Shown one piece after another: positions 25,401 through 37,776 of a DNA stretch of 64,000 nucleotides (position 1 is the stretch's first letter; each line of letters begins with the position of its first letter). Source of the DNA: Ascidiella aspersa (lineage: Eukaryota); the NCBI GenBank assembly GCA_963924565.1, contig OZ004607.1, positions 6,944,001 to 7,008,000 of the forward strand. Direction: 5' to 3'. The position numbers and the translations under genes are program-made. The notes below the pieces were generated by a model, which ran no database searches, was not told the origin of the DNA, and saw only the letters and a program-made list of their open reading frames with translations.

Positions 25401-28400
25401 TGCTCCTTAGTACAACAATACACTGTTGCCTGTCAATGTCAGTGACTTTTTTCCGCAGAGTTTAACCCACTCCAGGCATCGTTTCCGATCGTGGAATCGT
25501 CGACGTGCAGCTACGGCCGGGCCGATCAGGGTTCTAAGATTTGCGGCGGGCTTCAAAACAGGACTGGAGATGACACATGCCAAAGTAAGAATAAGCTGCC
25601 ACCAGCTTTGCTTCAGGCGCACAATTTTCACACAAAAACGAACTTGCCGCGAAATGTTGGGAAGCGTGAAAGCACTTAGCTAAGATGCTTTTGTCGTTTT
25701 CTGACAGGCGATCCGTGAATCATCGGTAATGTTTTTAAATTGGATACATTTTGCTTGCGTTTCAGAATAAGGTTTTGTGGGCAAAGCTAAACAAATTCCA
25801 GAACTTTTCCTGGTATACGTTGCACGAATCTGTAATATAGCTTAATATTGAACTTTAAAGCCAACAAATCGAGTAAATCGACATCATATTGATAAAACGT
25901 GTATCATCGCAGTTAATTCCTCAAAAGCTTTACAATTATTTTCTTCAAAGCTTTCTTAATATTAAACCTCTGAATAGACAAAGTACCAAAAAATGATGTA
26001 TTAACGTTGCATAAGGACAGGCTAATGACCTGATCAGAGATTATATTACAACGAAAATATCCCTGCGTGTACGCCACAAGGACATTGCTGATAATAATAC
26101 TAATGTTTCACCTCAAACAATAAGTGGCCAGCACTAAAAACGCTACACAGGGCAAAAACGAAACACAGCATTTAAGCCTGATTTCCACATATAACCAAAA
26201 CTTTTTATGCTTAGGCGTTTCAGGTCCCATAGAGTTTAACTCCTTATAGCAAGATCTTATTGCTATGGCCAGGGATTCTTAACAGGGTCCGTGAAAATCT
26301 TGGGTTTATCTGCACTAGTTTTAAGGGGTCCATGAAGGCTAAATTGAAATCTGGGTGTAACTTGAAAAATAAAATTAATTTTTTTAAATAAAAAAAAAAA
26401 AAGTAATTTGCTGTCTTCTCCTAAATATACTTATACTTCACTTTAGCTTTACATTTGTTAGACCAAAAACAGCAGGTTTCGTAAGTCTACCTGTTTTATG
26501 ACGTCATGTTCTGACGCCATCTATAGTAATTCCACGCCTACCCTTTTTTACGTGAAAAGAAAAAAAAGTGTTTAAGAAGCCCGCATTAAAAAAAGTTGAA
26601 GAACCTCTGCTTTAGGCTTAAATCGATATATAAATAAATTTGATGCTCTTCGCAGTCGCGCCAGGCGGTCCTCTAGTCTGTCAGCGCTGTTCTAACTGCG
26701 ACTGGTACCTTGCTGGCGTATCCTCGTTCGGCAGAGCCTGCGGTTCCAGCAGCGATCACCAAGCCTACTCAAGCGCCGAGCAAATGGAAAAGTGGATCAA
26801 CGGGGTTATCAGCGTTCCGGGGACCACCAAGTACGCCAGCTGCCAACGGGGAGGTACGAAATAATGGCCATATACAGCAATTTGACTTGTACAACCGCCT
26901 GATTTGTGTCCTCATTTTTCAGTTGTTAACGAGATTCTTTATGAAAACTTTAAGATCTGTAAATGGAGTTTAGCTCACAATTTATAAAGCCATTAGTAAT
27001 CTGGTGATAGTTGAGTTTGAGTAGTTACTTTGGAACTATAGTATTAGTTTATAGAAATAAGGATTGGTTTTGTAAACATGCGCAGAAAAAAAATTGCGCC
27101 TAAATGGTAAGGCCTTTCTACCCCAATAGTTATGTCAGACTTACAGGCGTCATTCCAACATGTTTCTTATATTTTTTGCCGTTAACTTCTTTCAATTGAA
27201 AATGAACTCCAACTTCCAAATTCGTCATTTTGCCACCTTTCAATCCTCACTATACCAACTGTGTGCGTGGCTGCGAATTTCTAACGTCAAGTTTCACTTT
27301 TTCGCGCAGCGTGGACGCCCTGGACCGAATGGAGCGAGTGCTCCGGGCGATGTATCAACGACACCGTGGCGCAGAGCGGCTCGCAGACCCGTCAGCGCGA
27401 ATGCGTTGGTGCTGCTGTGGGCAGCGTTGGCTGCGTGGGATTAGATCGCAATCTGCGGCCCTGCAACTCGTCTTGTCAGAGTAAGTGGCGTTGGGAATGC
27501 AAACCAAACATCGGTTTGCCTCGATGCTTAAGTCGACCGACTTGTTCCTCCTAAAGGCATCACAAAAAATGTTTGTGTTATTTTCTTAACGCAAAGAAGT
27601 GAAGTCGGATTCGTTTCTAGACTGCTAGTTTGCCTATCTCTCATAACTGGGTTCTGCAGCATCTCATTGTTTTTTCAGTGATCACCAACTAACAGTTAGA
27701 CCTACAGGCAAATTACATGCTATGTCCATTGGTAAATGAGACTTTATTGTGGCAAATAAATCATTAAAATGAAACGTATTATAAAATACTTTATTGGGCA
27801 TACAACTCATGCTTTTTAATGTTCACGGGAATACGAATTTACTGATTTTTAAAACAGATTATTTTCATAACCCAAGGAACTGTAGTCGGATTTGTTTTTG
27901 GCTGCTATAGTTGACCAATAGCTCTTCAACTCATAACTGCGTTCTGCAGCTTTACCAGCGGAACGTTTTTTTAGCAATGTGTACGAGCTACGGGCTGGTG
28001 AAAATAGCGAGATAAATACAGCATCTTAATTTTGGTTGTCTTGAGGTTAAGCGCGACTGACACAAACCCTAACTAATTGATACATGTATATTGTCCCAAA
28101 AGTTTTTTGCAAAATACTTAATAATTTAGGCGAATTCTAAGTCATTTAGGCTTCTGGCTTAACGTGGTCTTTCAATTATTTTTTTGTAAAACTGGGTACT
28201 TACCACAATTACTTTTTATTTTACCATTCAATTTCGAGAACTTGACTTGGAATTAACTTGCTACAGCAATGACCTGAATTCGGACTTGACTTAGCAATAG
28301 TTGAAAATGACTTTGATTTAATAATATGTCAAATGACTTGCTTACAACACTAACGCAGGATAGACAGCGTGTAATCTCCATTTTTATTCCTAAACTTTCA

Positions 28401-31400
28401 CAATATAATGCAATATAATATTGGTGTTAGGCCGTTTAAAAAATAGATTAAAAAATAGGTTTACCATCCTGAGTTCAAGTGCCGTAATTTTAGTGTGACC
28501 TTTAGATTTCACAGCTTGGACTCCGTGGGGCGCCTGTAGCGTTCAGTGTGGCGACGGGGTAAGGAACAGAACCCGGGACTGCCCGGGGCCGTGGGCTTGT
28601 GCGGCCGACGACCACGGCACCGAGACCGCCCAACAGGTACCCTGCCGCCTGGGGGACTGTCCCTGGAGCAACTGGGGCGACTTCGAACCTTGCACGGTTA
28701 CTTGTGGAACTGGAACGTCAACTCGAAGGAGGTGAGCGTAAAAGCGTGGTGCGTCGTTTATTTAGTGTAGGCCAGGGGTTTCCAACACGCGACAAATGTG
28801 GCCCGCGACTTTATAAAAAAATGTCACGCAAGCCCCCCCAATTAGTTAATTTGTTATTCAGCCAATTACCAAAAAATGCTAAATTGTTATACAGCCAAGT
28901 ACCATTGTTTATCCAAGTGCCATTTGTATGTTGATTTTTCACTCCACCCTATTGCATAGGCCTAGATTTATAGTTCCGAATTTTTCGTTTTAAAAAATGT
29001 AGGTCTGGATTTTTAAAATGTAGGCCTGCTGGATTTACAATTTACAACTTTGCCTGACTTTCAAAATAATAAATCGTTACCGCAGGTTTTCAGGTCGCAG
29101 TGTTTCTCAACCCATGGGTCGCCAACCCGTTTGATTCGGTTGCTTCTATAAGCAAGATATTTTGGGGCTCTTTTTTGTTTTGCTATTTAGAAAGTAACGC
29201 AAAAAACAAAATAAAAATCTACAAATCCCGCACTCCGCAGCGCATATTATTTGGGTGAAGGTTCGGGTTTGAGTTTGGGTGGGTCAAGCATTTTTATTAA
29301 CAATAAGTATAATAATACTTGACCCACCCAGTCCCAAACTCGAACCCGCTCCTTAACCCAAACAATATGATATGTGTTGCGATATGCGGTATTTATAGAT
29401 TTTTATTTTTCTGCGTTACCTTCTACATATTAAACCGCAATTGAGCCCCAATGTTTTACATATTGGGAAACTTCCAAGCTATGCAAAGAAAGTGGCTCAT
29501 ACTTGAATTTATTGGTCGCTCAAACAGTTCAATGAAGTAGATTGAGTTAGCAATGCCTCGTTTTATTACTTTTAGCAGACAGCAAAAAGGTTGAGAAACA
29601 CCGCTCTTTAGGGTGAGCTTGTCAAATCGTATTTTTCAATAGAAAACTTGACAAAAAAAATACATTTTCAACCTAAAGACCGTATATAGGTAACTGAGCT
29701 TTTCCAAAGATCAAAATTTTTATTTTGGTTGGTATGTTGTGAACATATTATGTTATGTTCGTTATTTTGCCATACCACACAAGTTTAGAGGTTATTTAGG
29801 CTATTATCATACTAATCAACTTATAGTATTATTTATAGCTTTTTATGTGTTTTATTTACTTGATGTTTGGCTTGTTCTGGCATTTTATCAAAATCTTAAT
29901 CTGGCAACCCTGGATAGCATTCACATAATTATATAACTTGGTTGGTGTGAAGAAACAACAAGCAAAAGTCAACTCACCGACTAATACTTAGATGCAGTAA
30001 TGTGCAGTTTCTAAACTTTGGAACGGGAAGAAGTTATGAGATAAAAATTGGCACTTCGGCATGTTGAGTGGGACCCCCTGTTGCAGGCCCATCACTGCTG
30101 CTGTAATGAAGTTAGAACAGGAAACTACGTCCCGCCAGATCTGGCTCGCAGACCTAATTTTTTATCGTCCCTCAAATTTTATTTAAAAAGATAAGGTACA
30201 GTCAAACAGTTGTCGGATACTTAAAATCCCAAACTGAATTTTGAATGAATTATAAACTAAGCGACATTTTATTAAAGCTAACTTCAACAATAATGAAGTT
30301 AATAAATGTTGACACCAATTTTCTATCAGGCCCGCGATCCTTGATTTTTAGAGTTATCCGGCCCGCAAAAGTCAAGCCTTACAGCCATCAATCCCTTTAT
30401 GAAAATAAAAACTTTAGTGACCCCTGTGTTAGGCTTACGGAAACTACAGCAGCGCAACTATAAGCGGTAGTTGATTTATTGACGACTTAAAATGTATTTT
30501 TGTAAGCCTGAGGTAGCCTCCCGTATTTTTGGCACTTTTTGTGCTGTGTTGTAGTGGTGGTCATTTATTTGCAAAGAGCGGATAAAAGCGGTCATGTGAT
30601 TAAACTAACTATCAAAGGTTATCTATTGATATCCTCTGTAAGGCGAAGCAAGATGAACAAACATTTTTCTTAATAGCAGTTTATAGCGTTTGTGCTCTGA
30701 AGTATAGTCTGCAACACGCATAAGCCGGGTGTTCATACGGAACCCATTTACAGTACTATAGGATTCGCTTAATCCCAGGATGCACAACTTGCGGCCGTTG
30801 ATTACTGTATAACTTTTGCAGCCGTGCCCTTTCAGTTGCAGTTTTGCGCACGAGTTCGTAAGAGAACAGCAGGTGTTTTTAAGTTTAATTGTCTTATGGC
30901 GTCAGGTTACGATGCAACTCTAAGACGTATAGTCTCTAAAAAATTCTACTGGCGGCCGTGAAAAAATAAAGACTGTTATTGTGACGACCAATAGCTATTG
31001 AAGTCCTTTTAACCCGGGCAACTCTATTCGCAGGACTTGTAACGCGGGCGTGGGCCAGTGCGTGGGCGTCGACCACTACTCACGGCCGTGCAAAAGGCCT
31101 AGTTGCGGCCCTTGTGGTGGGAAGGTAGACAATGGTGGTACCTGTAAGGACTACGCTAATCTCGGATTTTGTGCCTCTGAACAGGGTGAAGTTGAGGGCC
31201 TTTGCGCCCTGACTTGCTGCGAAAGGACAAGTAAGTTACCTGGCGCAAATGTTTGTTTTGTACTGCCTTTGTAGAATTTAAAAACATCACACAAGTTTTG
31301 GTTAAGGTGTGATTAATCGCAGCCGACGTGATACGCTTAGGCCAGATGGTAACTTGGGGACAATTATGAAAATTGTTTTCGGTTGTTTTAATCATGAGTT

Positions 31401-34400
31401 GATACAGCATTCTTAATCGCAAATGCTTGACGTAGGAATTATGGGCGCAGAACAAAATAACCAGCAACTCTAAGTGGAAGGAGTTCCCTATATAGTTCTC
31501 ACTGACCCATGTTTATAGTTATACCCTAAATTTGTTCTGGCGTGACAAAAAATACAAGTTACTTGTAGTAAAGGTCAAAAAAAAAAATATTAGTCGTAAT
31601 CATTTTTATAATCCCCAAATTATTAGCTTACCCTTATTTACAGTATGCGAACCTACTGAAGTAACTTGTGTCGGGGTTGTCAGCGATGGTCTATTTAAAA
31701 GTTTAAAGCGGCAATATGTACCATATTGTTCCCTCTTTTTCTTCAACGTTTGGCCGAAATATTCATGAAGGGCAAGTACGTTCGACTGAGAATTATAGAT
31801 TCCGATGGACAGTATACGATTTCAACTAAAAGCATTATTAGTGATGTCTTAACTCATCAATAAGTCATTTTTACACAGCAGACTTGGACAATTCAAAAAA
31901 TCATGGGCCAGGCGCTTTTAAACTCTTTCGTCGATGTAAGTAGATTCAAAGTTAAAAAACAAAGGCACAGTGCGCGTTTTAAGGCAAACTAGATGCTGTG
32001 ATAATTACAAGGGCGCAGCTAAACTGTTCGAGAAATAGCCTGTCGCCTGAGTGATAAGCACATCTAACCGTTTTAAAAAAGCACTTATATCACGATGAAT
32101 ACTAAAGTTCAACCCTGATAACCCTAACATAATAAAGTTCAACCTTGTTTTACAGTATTCAGCCAGAAGTATATCCTCTTTTTTTTAAATGAAATAAAAA
32201 AACAGACCTTTTCATTATATTGCCTTTTCGCTTTCGTACGTTCTTTGATAGGTTCATTAACTAACATACTACGAAGAAAACATCACTTTTTACCGTACAC
32301 TGCGCGTGTTTTCTTTCAGTATTCAGCTCGTGGGGCGGTTGGAGCGCATGCGACACAACGTGCGGTCCTGGAAAGCGTTCCCGAAGTAGGTCGTGCCCAG
32401 CGGCGCCGCGCGTACCTTGCCAAGCCGACAGCGGCGGCAGTTCAAGCCTACAAACAGAGCCGTGCAACCTGGAAGCATGCCCTGTCGTTTTCAGCTCTTG
32501 GTCCTCGTGGAGCGACTGTAGTGTGACTTGCGGCGAAGGGGTTAGTAGCAGAACCAGGGTCTGCCCGGAGCCGGGAAGCTGCCAGGCCGACGGACACGGC
32601 GTCGAGACCGCCCAGGAACGGCCCTGCAAACTTAGCTACTGTCCCTGGCGACCGTGGGGCGCTTTTGGCCCCTGCTCTGTCACGTGCGGCAGTGGAAGGA
32701 AAATCAGGAAGAGGTAACGTGTCGTTGGCGTTAAGCAGGATTTTTATCGAGCTGTGTGTCGCGACAAACTAGTGTACTTTCGTAAGACTGTCAACCGTGC
32801 CGCGAAACTTTTTGTAATTTAAAAAAATAGGGTTTTGGATGGATAGTCATTAGTCATGCACGAAGGGAGGTACGGCGCGTAGAACACTATTCATTTGACG
32901 ATTAATAATTTATTAAGACACCTACATCTTGCTTCGTGTACACACTGTACATAAAGGGCGTTTGTAAGTTAGATATTGTTGTTTTGTACAGGAATGTGCC
33001 GCGAATGTTTGGCCTGTTAAGGACACGCGTACATACGTTTATACGATATTCGTGATATTTAGAATATAGTGTTCATTCAGTTCACATTATGTACAATCAA
33101 GTTGTTACATATTGTATGATAACTTTGCCAGCTTGAAATAGACGATTGTTTTGTTATGTATGTGGTTTGGTGTGATTCTTAAGTTTGCCATTCTACTGCA
33201 TTTGCTTTATTGGGAATGCGTGATTGCACTTTTGGTAAAACATGGGTCTGATACACAACATAAAATTAACTTTGAAACAAAAACCAAGAAAATGAACGAT
33301 TTTACATAAAACGATAAACTTTCGGAATTTTTTTAAGGTTTTCAGTGCATTAAGTTTACCAGCATTAGCTGGGTGCGAAGACATTTTGCTTTGCATAATG
33401 CACTTAGTTTGTGCACAAAATGCCATTTGGGAAGATAACGAGCATTATCGTTAAGCGCGTTTAAAAAAAAATTAAACCTAGGAAAACATGGCACAGTTAG
33501 ACAAACACAGATTTACCCGAATGTCAAAGTGTTTTCCTCTTAATGTGGTGTTATTGATGAGCGGTTGTAGACCCTCTTCTTCACCAAAAAAGGAAAGGGT
33601 CTACGTTGTTTTCACATAGTAACAGCATTGGATCAATTACATTAATTCAGTTGAATTACAATTACAATTACTCGCTTAAATGTTTCAATTACAATCACAT
33701 TAAAAAACTATAATTAATTACATTAATTACAATTTTCGGCATTAAAACTTAAATTTTCTCAATATCAATGTATTGAGCTAAAAATTTAGTCAACAATTAG
33801 AATTACACAGAATGAAAATGCTTCAATTACATTACAATTAAATTAAAACCTGTAATTAATTACATCAATTAAAATATTCGGCGTTGAAACTCTTTTTTTT
33901 TTCAATAATCAATGTATCAGCCAAAATTTTAGCAAATTACAATTACACAGAATGAAGATGCCTCAATTACATTGCAATTACGGTACATTGAAACCTGTAA
34001 TGTGAATTAGATCAATTACAAATGTTCCAACTCTGCATAGTAGGCTAAGACAGTTTTGTTTTTGTAAAGGGTGTGCAGTTCCGTAGAGGGAAGTTGTTAC
34101 GGCGATGAAACAAGTGCCGAGCCTTGTTACCACGATTCTAGCTGTTTATGCGCCGGCACACGCGAAGATATCTACACCGAGTACTGTCCGATGTACGCTA
34201 AGTTCGGCTACTGCTGGATTTACAAGTCGTTCATGACCGCCAAGTGCAATCGCACCTGCTGCCTGTATGAAAACAGTAAGTAGGATTTACAAGATTTCGT
34301 AAATTGCGTGAGCTTTTGGTGTTTGTTTGTACTTCGCTGACTCATATGCATAGCACAAAATTCGTGATACCTTGAATTTACGGCTACATTTGTAATTCTC

Positions 34401-35049
34401 GTATAAATTGGTTCAGCATTTGTACGCCTTGTGCGCCTAAGGCTAAGCGATCATCAGTGTTATAATATCTTCGACTTCAACGTGATCTGGGAACATTACC
34501 CATCGTCACTCACTTAATGTTCCTAATTTGAGTTAAATTGCTCGTACAAGACAAATAAAATTGTGTCTTTTCGTACAAAGTGGTGTATTTGCGTACCTGG
34601 GCCTGCAAAAGGATAATGTTCAACAAAAAAAATATGTTTTTTGTCCAAAAACGTTCTAATTGGTCAAATTATCTAGTTAAAACATGTGTTTGCCTGATTT
34701 TACCAATTGGCAATTGAAACAAAACGGCCAAAAGTCAAAATAACACCTATTGCACTAAAGCAATGCGGCTTACGACGGCGACGGCGGCAAAACAACTCAG
34801 CTATTCTCGAGTTCAATTGACTGTTAGGAAAAGCAAAACTAAAAATGAGTTGTGCTAGTCGGTAGCCCGACGCCAAAGTTTAGTAGTTTCAGCATTTTAA
34901 ATTCGTTTTTTCTAGACCTGGACTTTGCCCGGTCAAGTACCTGTGTCGACGAGTGGCCGGAGATTATGTGTGCCTACTTTTCGGTCGACTATTGCAACAC
35001 AGAAAACATGCGGATGTACTGCAAGAATACGTGCAACCATTGCGCTTGA
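16465..35049 (+). CDS. Secreted catalytically inactive serine protease homolog: SP-ShK-EGF-cbEGF-trypsin(dead)-3xTSP1-ShK-3xTSP1-ShK-ShK, 856 aa (gene B)
   Basis: 17 exons: 16465-16520, 16977-17038, 19455-19571, 20143-20256, 20943-21092, 21319-21392, 22285-22367, 23213-23309, 23917-24082, 25459-25584, 26656-26853, 27310-27480, 28506-28731, 31034-31230, 32320-32713, 34070-34275, 34916-35049 (TGA). 2571 nt, open frame. Signal peptide ...LLITIGLLSIISCVDA; CRKTCGLC ShK; DVNEC cbEGF; R-IIEK activation site; SAHC and NDVVLLRL retained; DTCQ-IAPGGP replaces DACQ-GDSGGP. Confidence 0.92.
20351..20499 (+). mobile_element. tRNA-derived repeat, copy 2 (internally deleted, ~22-bp TIRs)
   Basis: TGACCGGAGGTCGTGAGTTCGAACCTCACTGCAG and the tail match 2554-2663. 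Flanked by ATAATAGTACACCGAAAGGCCAT / ATGGCTTTCGGTGTGCTATTGT. Confidence 0.75.
23551..23641. mobile_element. 91-bp hAT-type MITE
   Basis: CAGTGGTTCGCAACC / GGTTGAAAACCACTG; perfect TSD CTCTATAG; the empty site is visible in the adjacent duplicate near 23823. Confidence 0.85.
26270..26609. mobile_element. hAT-type MITE (GGGGTCCATG family)
   Basis: CAGGGATTCTTAA ... TTGAAGAACCTCTG; internal similarity to 53949-54295 in reverse orientation. Confidence 0.6.
28773..30080. mobile_element. Nested MITE stack (outer hAT MITE; inner 29098-29603; innermost foldback 29164-29449)
   Basis: Outer CAGGGGTTTCC / GGGACCCCCTG with TSD GTGTAGGC/TTGCAGGC. Inner CAGTGTTTCTCAACC / GGTTGAGAAACACCG. Innermost long palindrome GGGGCTC...GAGCCCC. 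Confidence 0.62.
33623..34035. mobile_element. MITE with internal (C)AATTAC arrays
   Basis: TSD CATAGTAA/CATAGTAG; ends CAGCATTGGA / TTCCAACTCTG; internal AATTAC repeats with a duplicated unit. Confidence 0.62.
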
Positions 35050-36849
35050 AAGGATAGGTGGGGCGGCGCTCCCAAGGCAGATTTGGGCAACTAGATAATC
35101 TGCTTGTCTTGTTTGGTCGAACTACGGCTATGTGTTGCTCATACCAATTGTACTTTAATGTTTTGAAGTTTTTTGATGTTCATATTTTAATTCCAATTTA
35201 ATTTCCAATTTTATCGAAATTCCTACTTTGTCAGCCCCTTGGCTAGAACAGTTTTTTTAGCAATGCAGGTGAACGTAAAAGCCTGAAAAGTAACATTTGG
35301 TGGTGTACGATTATTTATCACGCACATTCTTATTAAACAAATAATACGATTTTATTTAAATTTATTGTGGACCAATTAAAGTTAATTCTAGTTGAAGTTT
35401 CACTTCAATTTTCAGTTTCCACAGGTTCTACTTCTAATCTAATAATTTGGAAAAGCTACAAAATTCTAGTTGTCCAAGTCTGCCCCAAGAAACTTGCATA
35501 TATCTCGGCTGACGCTTCATTATTTTTTCTGTGTATGTTTTGTGTTTTCGTAATACCGCCAAACGCTTTCCGCACTTTTGCTGAACAAAGATTTGAAAAA
35601 TTACAAATGTGAGTGGATTTAAGTCGATACTCAGAGGTTAGTATCGGAATTTCGGAACTACTATGATTTAACAGTGGTATCGGTTGTTTTAAGATCTTCG
35701 TCGATTTGATCTTACTAACAAAGTAGTGCAAGTTATAACCACATGTGGTTATCGGAAACAAATATCATAGAATGCTATAACGAAATGGGGGTATTCATAG
35801 TTGTGGTACCTTTTAAAAACAATTAGGTCTGTCGTTAATTGAATAAAAAACCTTATCATAACAAAGTAAAGTTTTTACGGTTAAAGACCGCTCGTAAATA
35901 TATTATTCTGAAACTGTTAAAAGCTATTGTTGTAATAAATAACTTGAAATGTTCGATTTCACCAACAAAAATCAGTAATTCTTGGCCTGCAAGCAGTATA
36001 TCGATCGTTTAGAACAAATACCTTGCAGTATTTTCAAATCACGGCCACCACTATTTAAAAAAAGAGATGGATTACAGCTGCCTGCTGCATCCTGATTCTT
36101 GTTGGACATCTAATGGCATCTTTAAGTTAGGAATCACGTTAACTATAGGTACACATGTCTAAATTTACCCATACACCCCAGGTATCTCTACAAGGTTTAA
36201 ATATCCTTTTGGGAGAGTCTGATTTACTAGAAAAAATCTCGAAGCGAAAACGAAAAACGGTATAAAACCACCACTCAATAAGTGCAACTAGGAAACTTAC
36301 AACATGGCGATTGCATACAGTGGGGAAGAAAATGAACTAACAATGTTTCAAGGTTATAAAACTAGCGCTTTGAAAACTTGACGCAATCTTCGAACAACTA
36401 TAGGTCTCGGGTAAAACTTCCGTGGGAATATATAGGAAATATATAATATAAGAAATTATTTCAGGATTCAAAGTGCTAGTTGATGGAGCAGTAATTAATG
36501 GGGACACTAATCAATTGAATCGTCAACAAATATATCAGCTCTATAAAAAAGTATGGCATGATTGATGACTTCGCGGTTCTATCGTCAAGGTCTGTTCAAG
36601 CAAATCGCGATTAGGAAAACTAGTAGTAAAATAGGACATTTAGTTCTGAAGGTTGGCAATGTTCCGTGTTACGCGCTTGGCGTTTTTTTTTTCTCGGCAA
36701 GTTTAGAGAAAGGTAAAAACACTTGCGACAATAAAGTGTTAAATAGACATGGAATTTTGAAAAAAAATGTCGTTAGTTCAGATAGAAAAACATACTTAAA
36801 TGTCATTATAGTGATAGCACGATTGAAGACTGTTTTCGTGGTTCTCAAA

Positions 36850-37046
36850 CAGGGATGCGGAGTCGGAGTACGTTTAGTTCACCGGGGTATTGAGTAAAAC
36901 CACGTATAGCTTAGAGCCTCGAGTCCGACGTGTCCGCCACGTTTTGGGTAGGTATATGGGTCAAAAACAGGCTGCATAGTCGGCGCCGGACTAGGGACTC
37001 GGTGGATTCCTTAAATTTGGGTGATTTTTTTAACTCCGCAGCCTTG
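36850..37046. mobile_element. GGAGTCGG-family MITE
   Basis: CAGGGATGCGGAGT / ACTCCGCAGCCTTG; same family as the copies at 49550, 61831 and 63438. Confidence 0.62.
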
Positions 37047-37776
37047 GTAACAAACACTGGAACATTTGTTGCGAGATTTGAAAAATACTTATGACAGGAA
37101 CGTTTTGAATCACCTATAATTTTAAAATAAATTGGCATTACGGTAAAAGCAGGACTTTAAGACCAACTTTTTTGTGTGTATCAAATACTGGAACTGTATG
37201 CTGCGAACAATATGGTGAGAAAGTTTTGAATCGACATTGAATTTTAAAAAAAATGTCATTCGTTGTAAGTAACCAACATGATAGAACCGCAACGGGCAGT
37301 AAGACCGACAACATTAGGCGATGGTTGGAGAAAGGGCATTTCCGTAGTTGGATTGTCTATCCACTTTCATCCTCCTGTGTCTAATGCAGAAAGGTTGTTG
37401 GTTAGGTTGAGACATTGAAGAATACAATTACTGAGTAATCAGGGTTGCCGCATATTATTATAAAAATGTTTAAAAACGACATTCTCGGACTTTTCAAAAA
37501 AAAATTGACCTAAAATGAGGTCACTCGACATGTTTTTAATAAAGTACGAAAAGTTCAATAACGACACTCTTAAAACACATTACTTTGAATGAACGTTAAA
37601 TCAATCAAGAGATTGTTAAAAAATATAGCGTTTTCATGGTGCAAGAATTTAATAGGCAAATCAATTTAAAGAAATTCAAAATTCTAGTCTTGTGGGACCT
37701 TGGTAGTCTATTATTTATTAAAGCAATATAAGGGCTTAGTTGATGTTGTTCAGTTTAACAAGGGTTTCTGACTTAC

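Noticed and set aside
33623-34035. Repeat-spacer or CRISPR-like array
   Set aside because: Degenerate AATTAC microrepeats inside a TSD-flanked MITE in a eukaryotic intron; no constant repeat with unique spacers and no cas genes.
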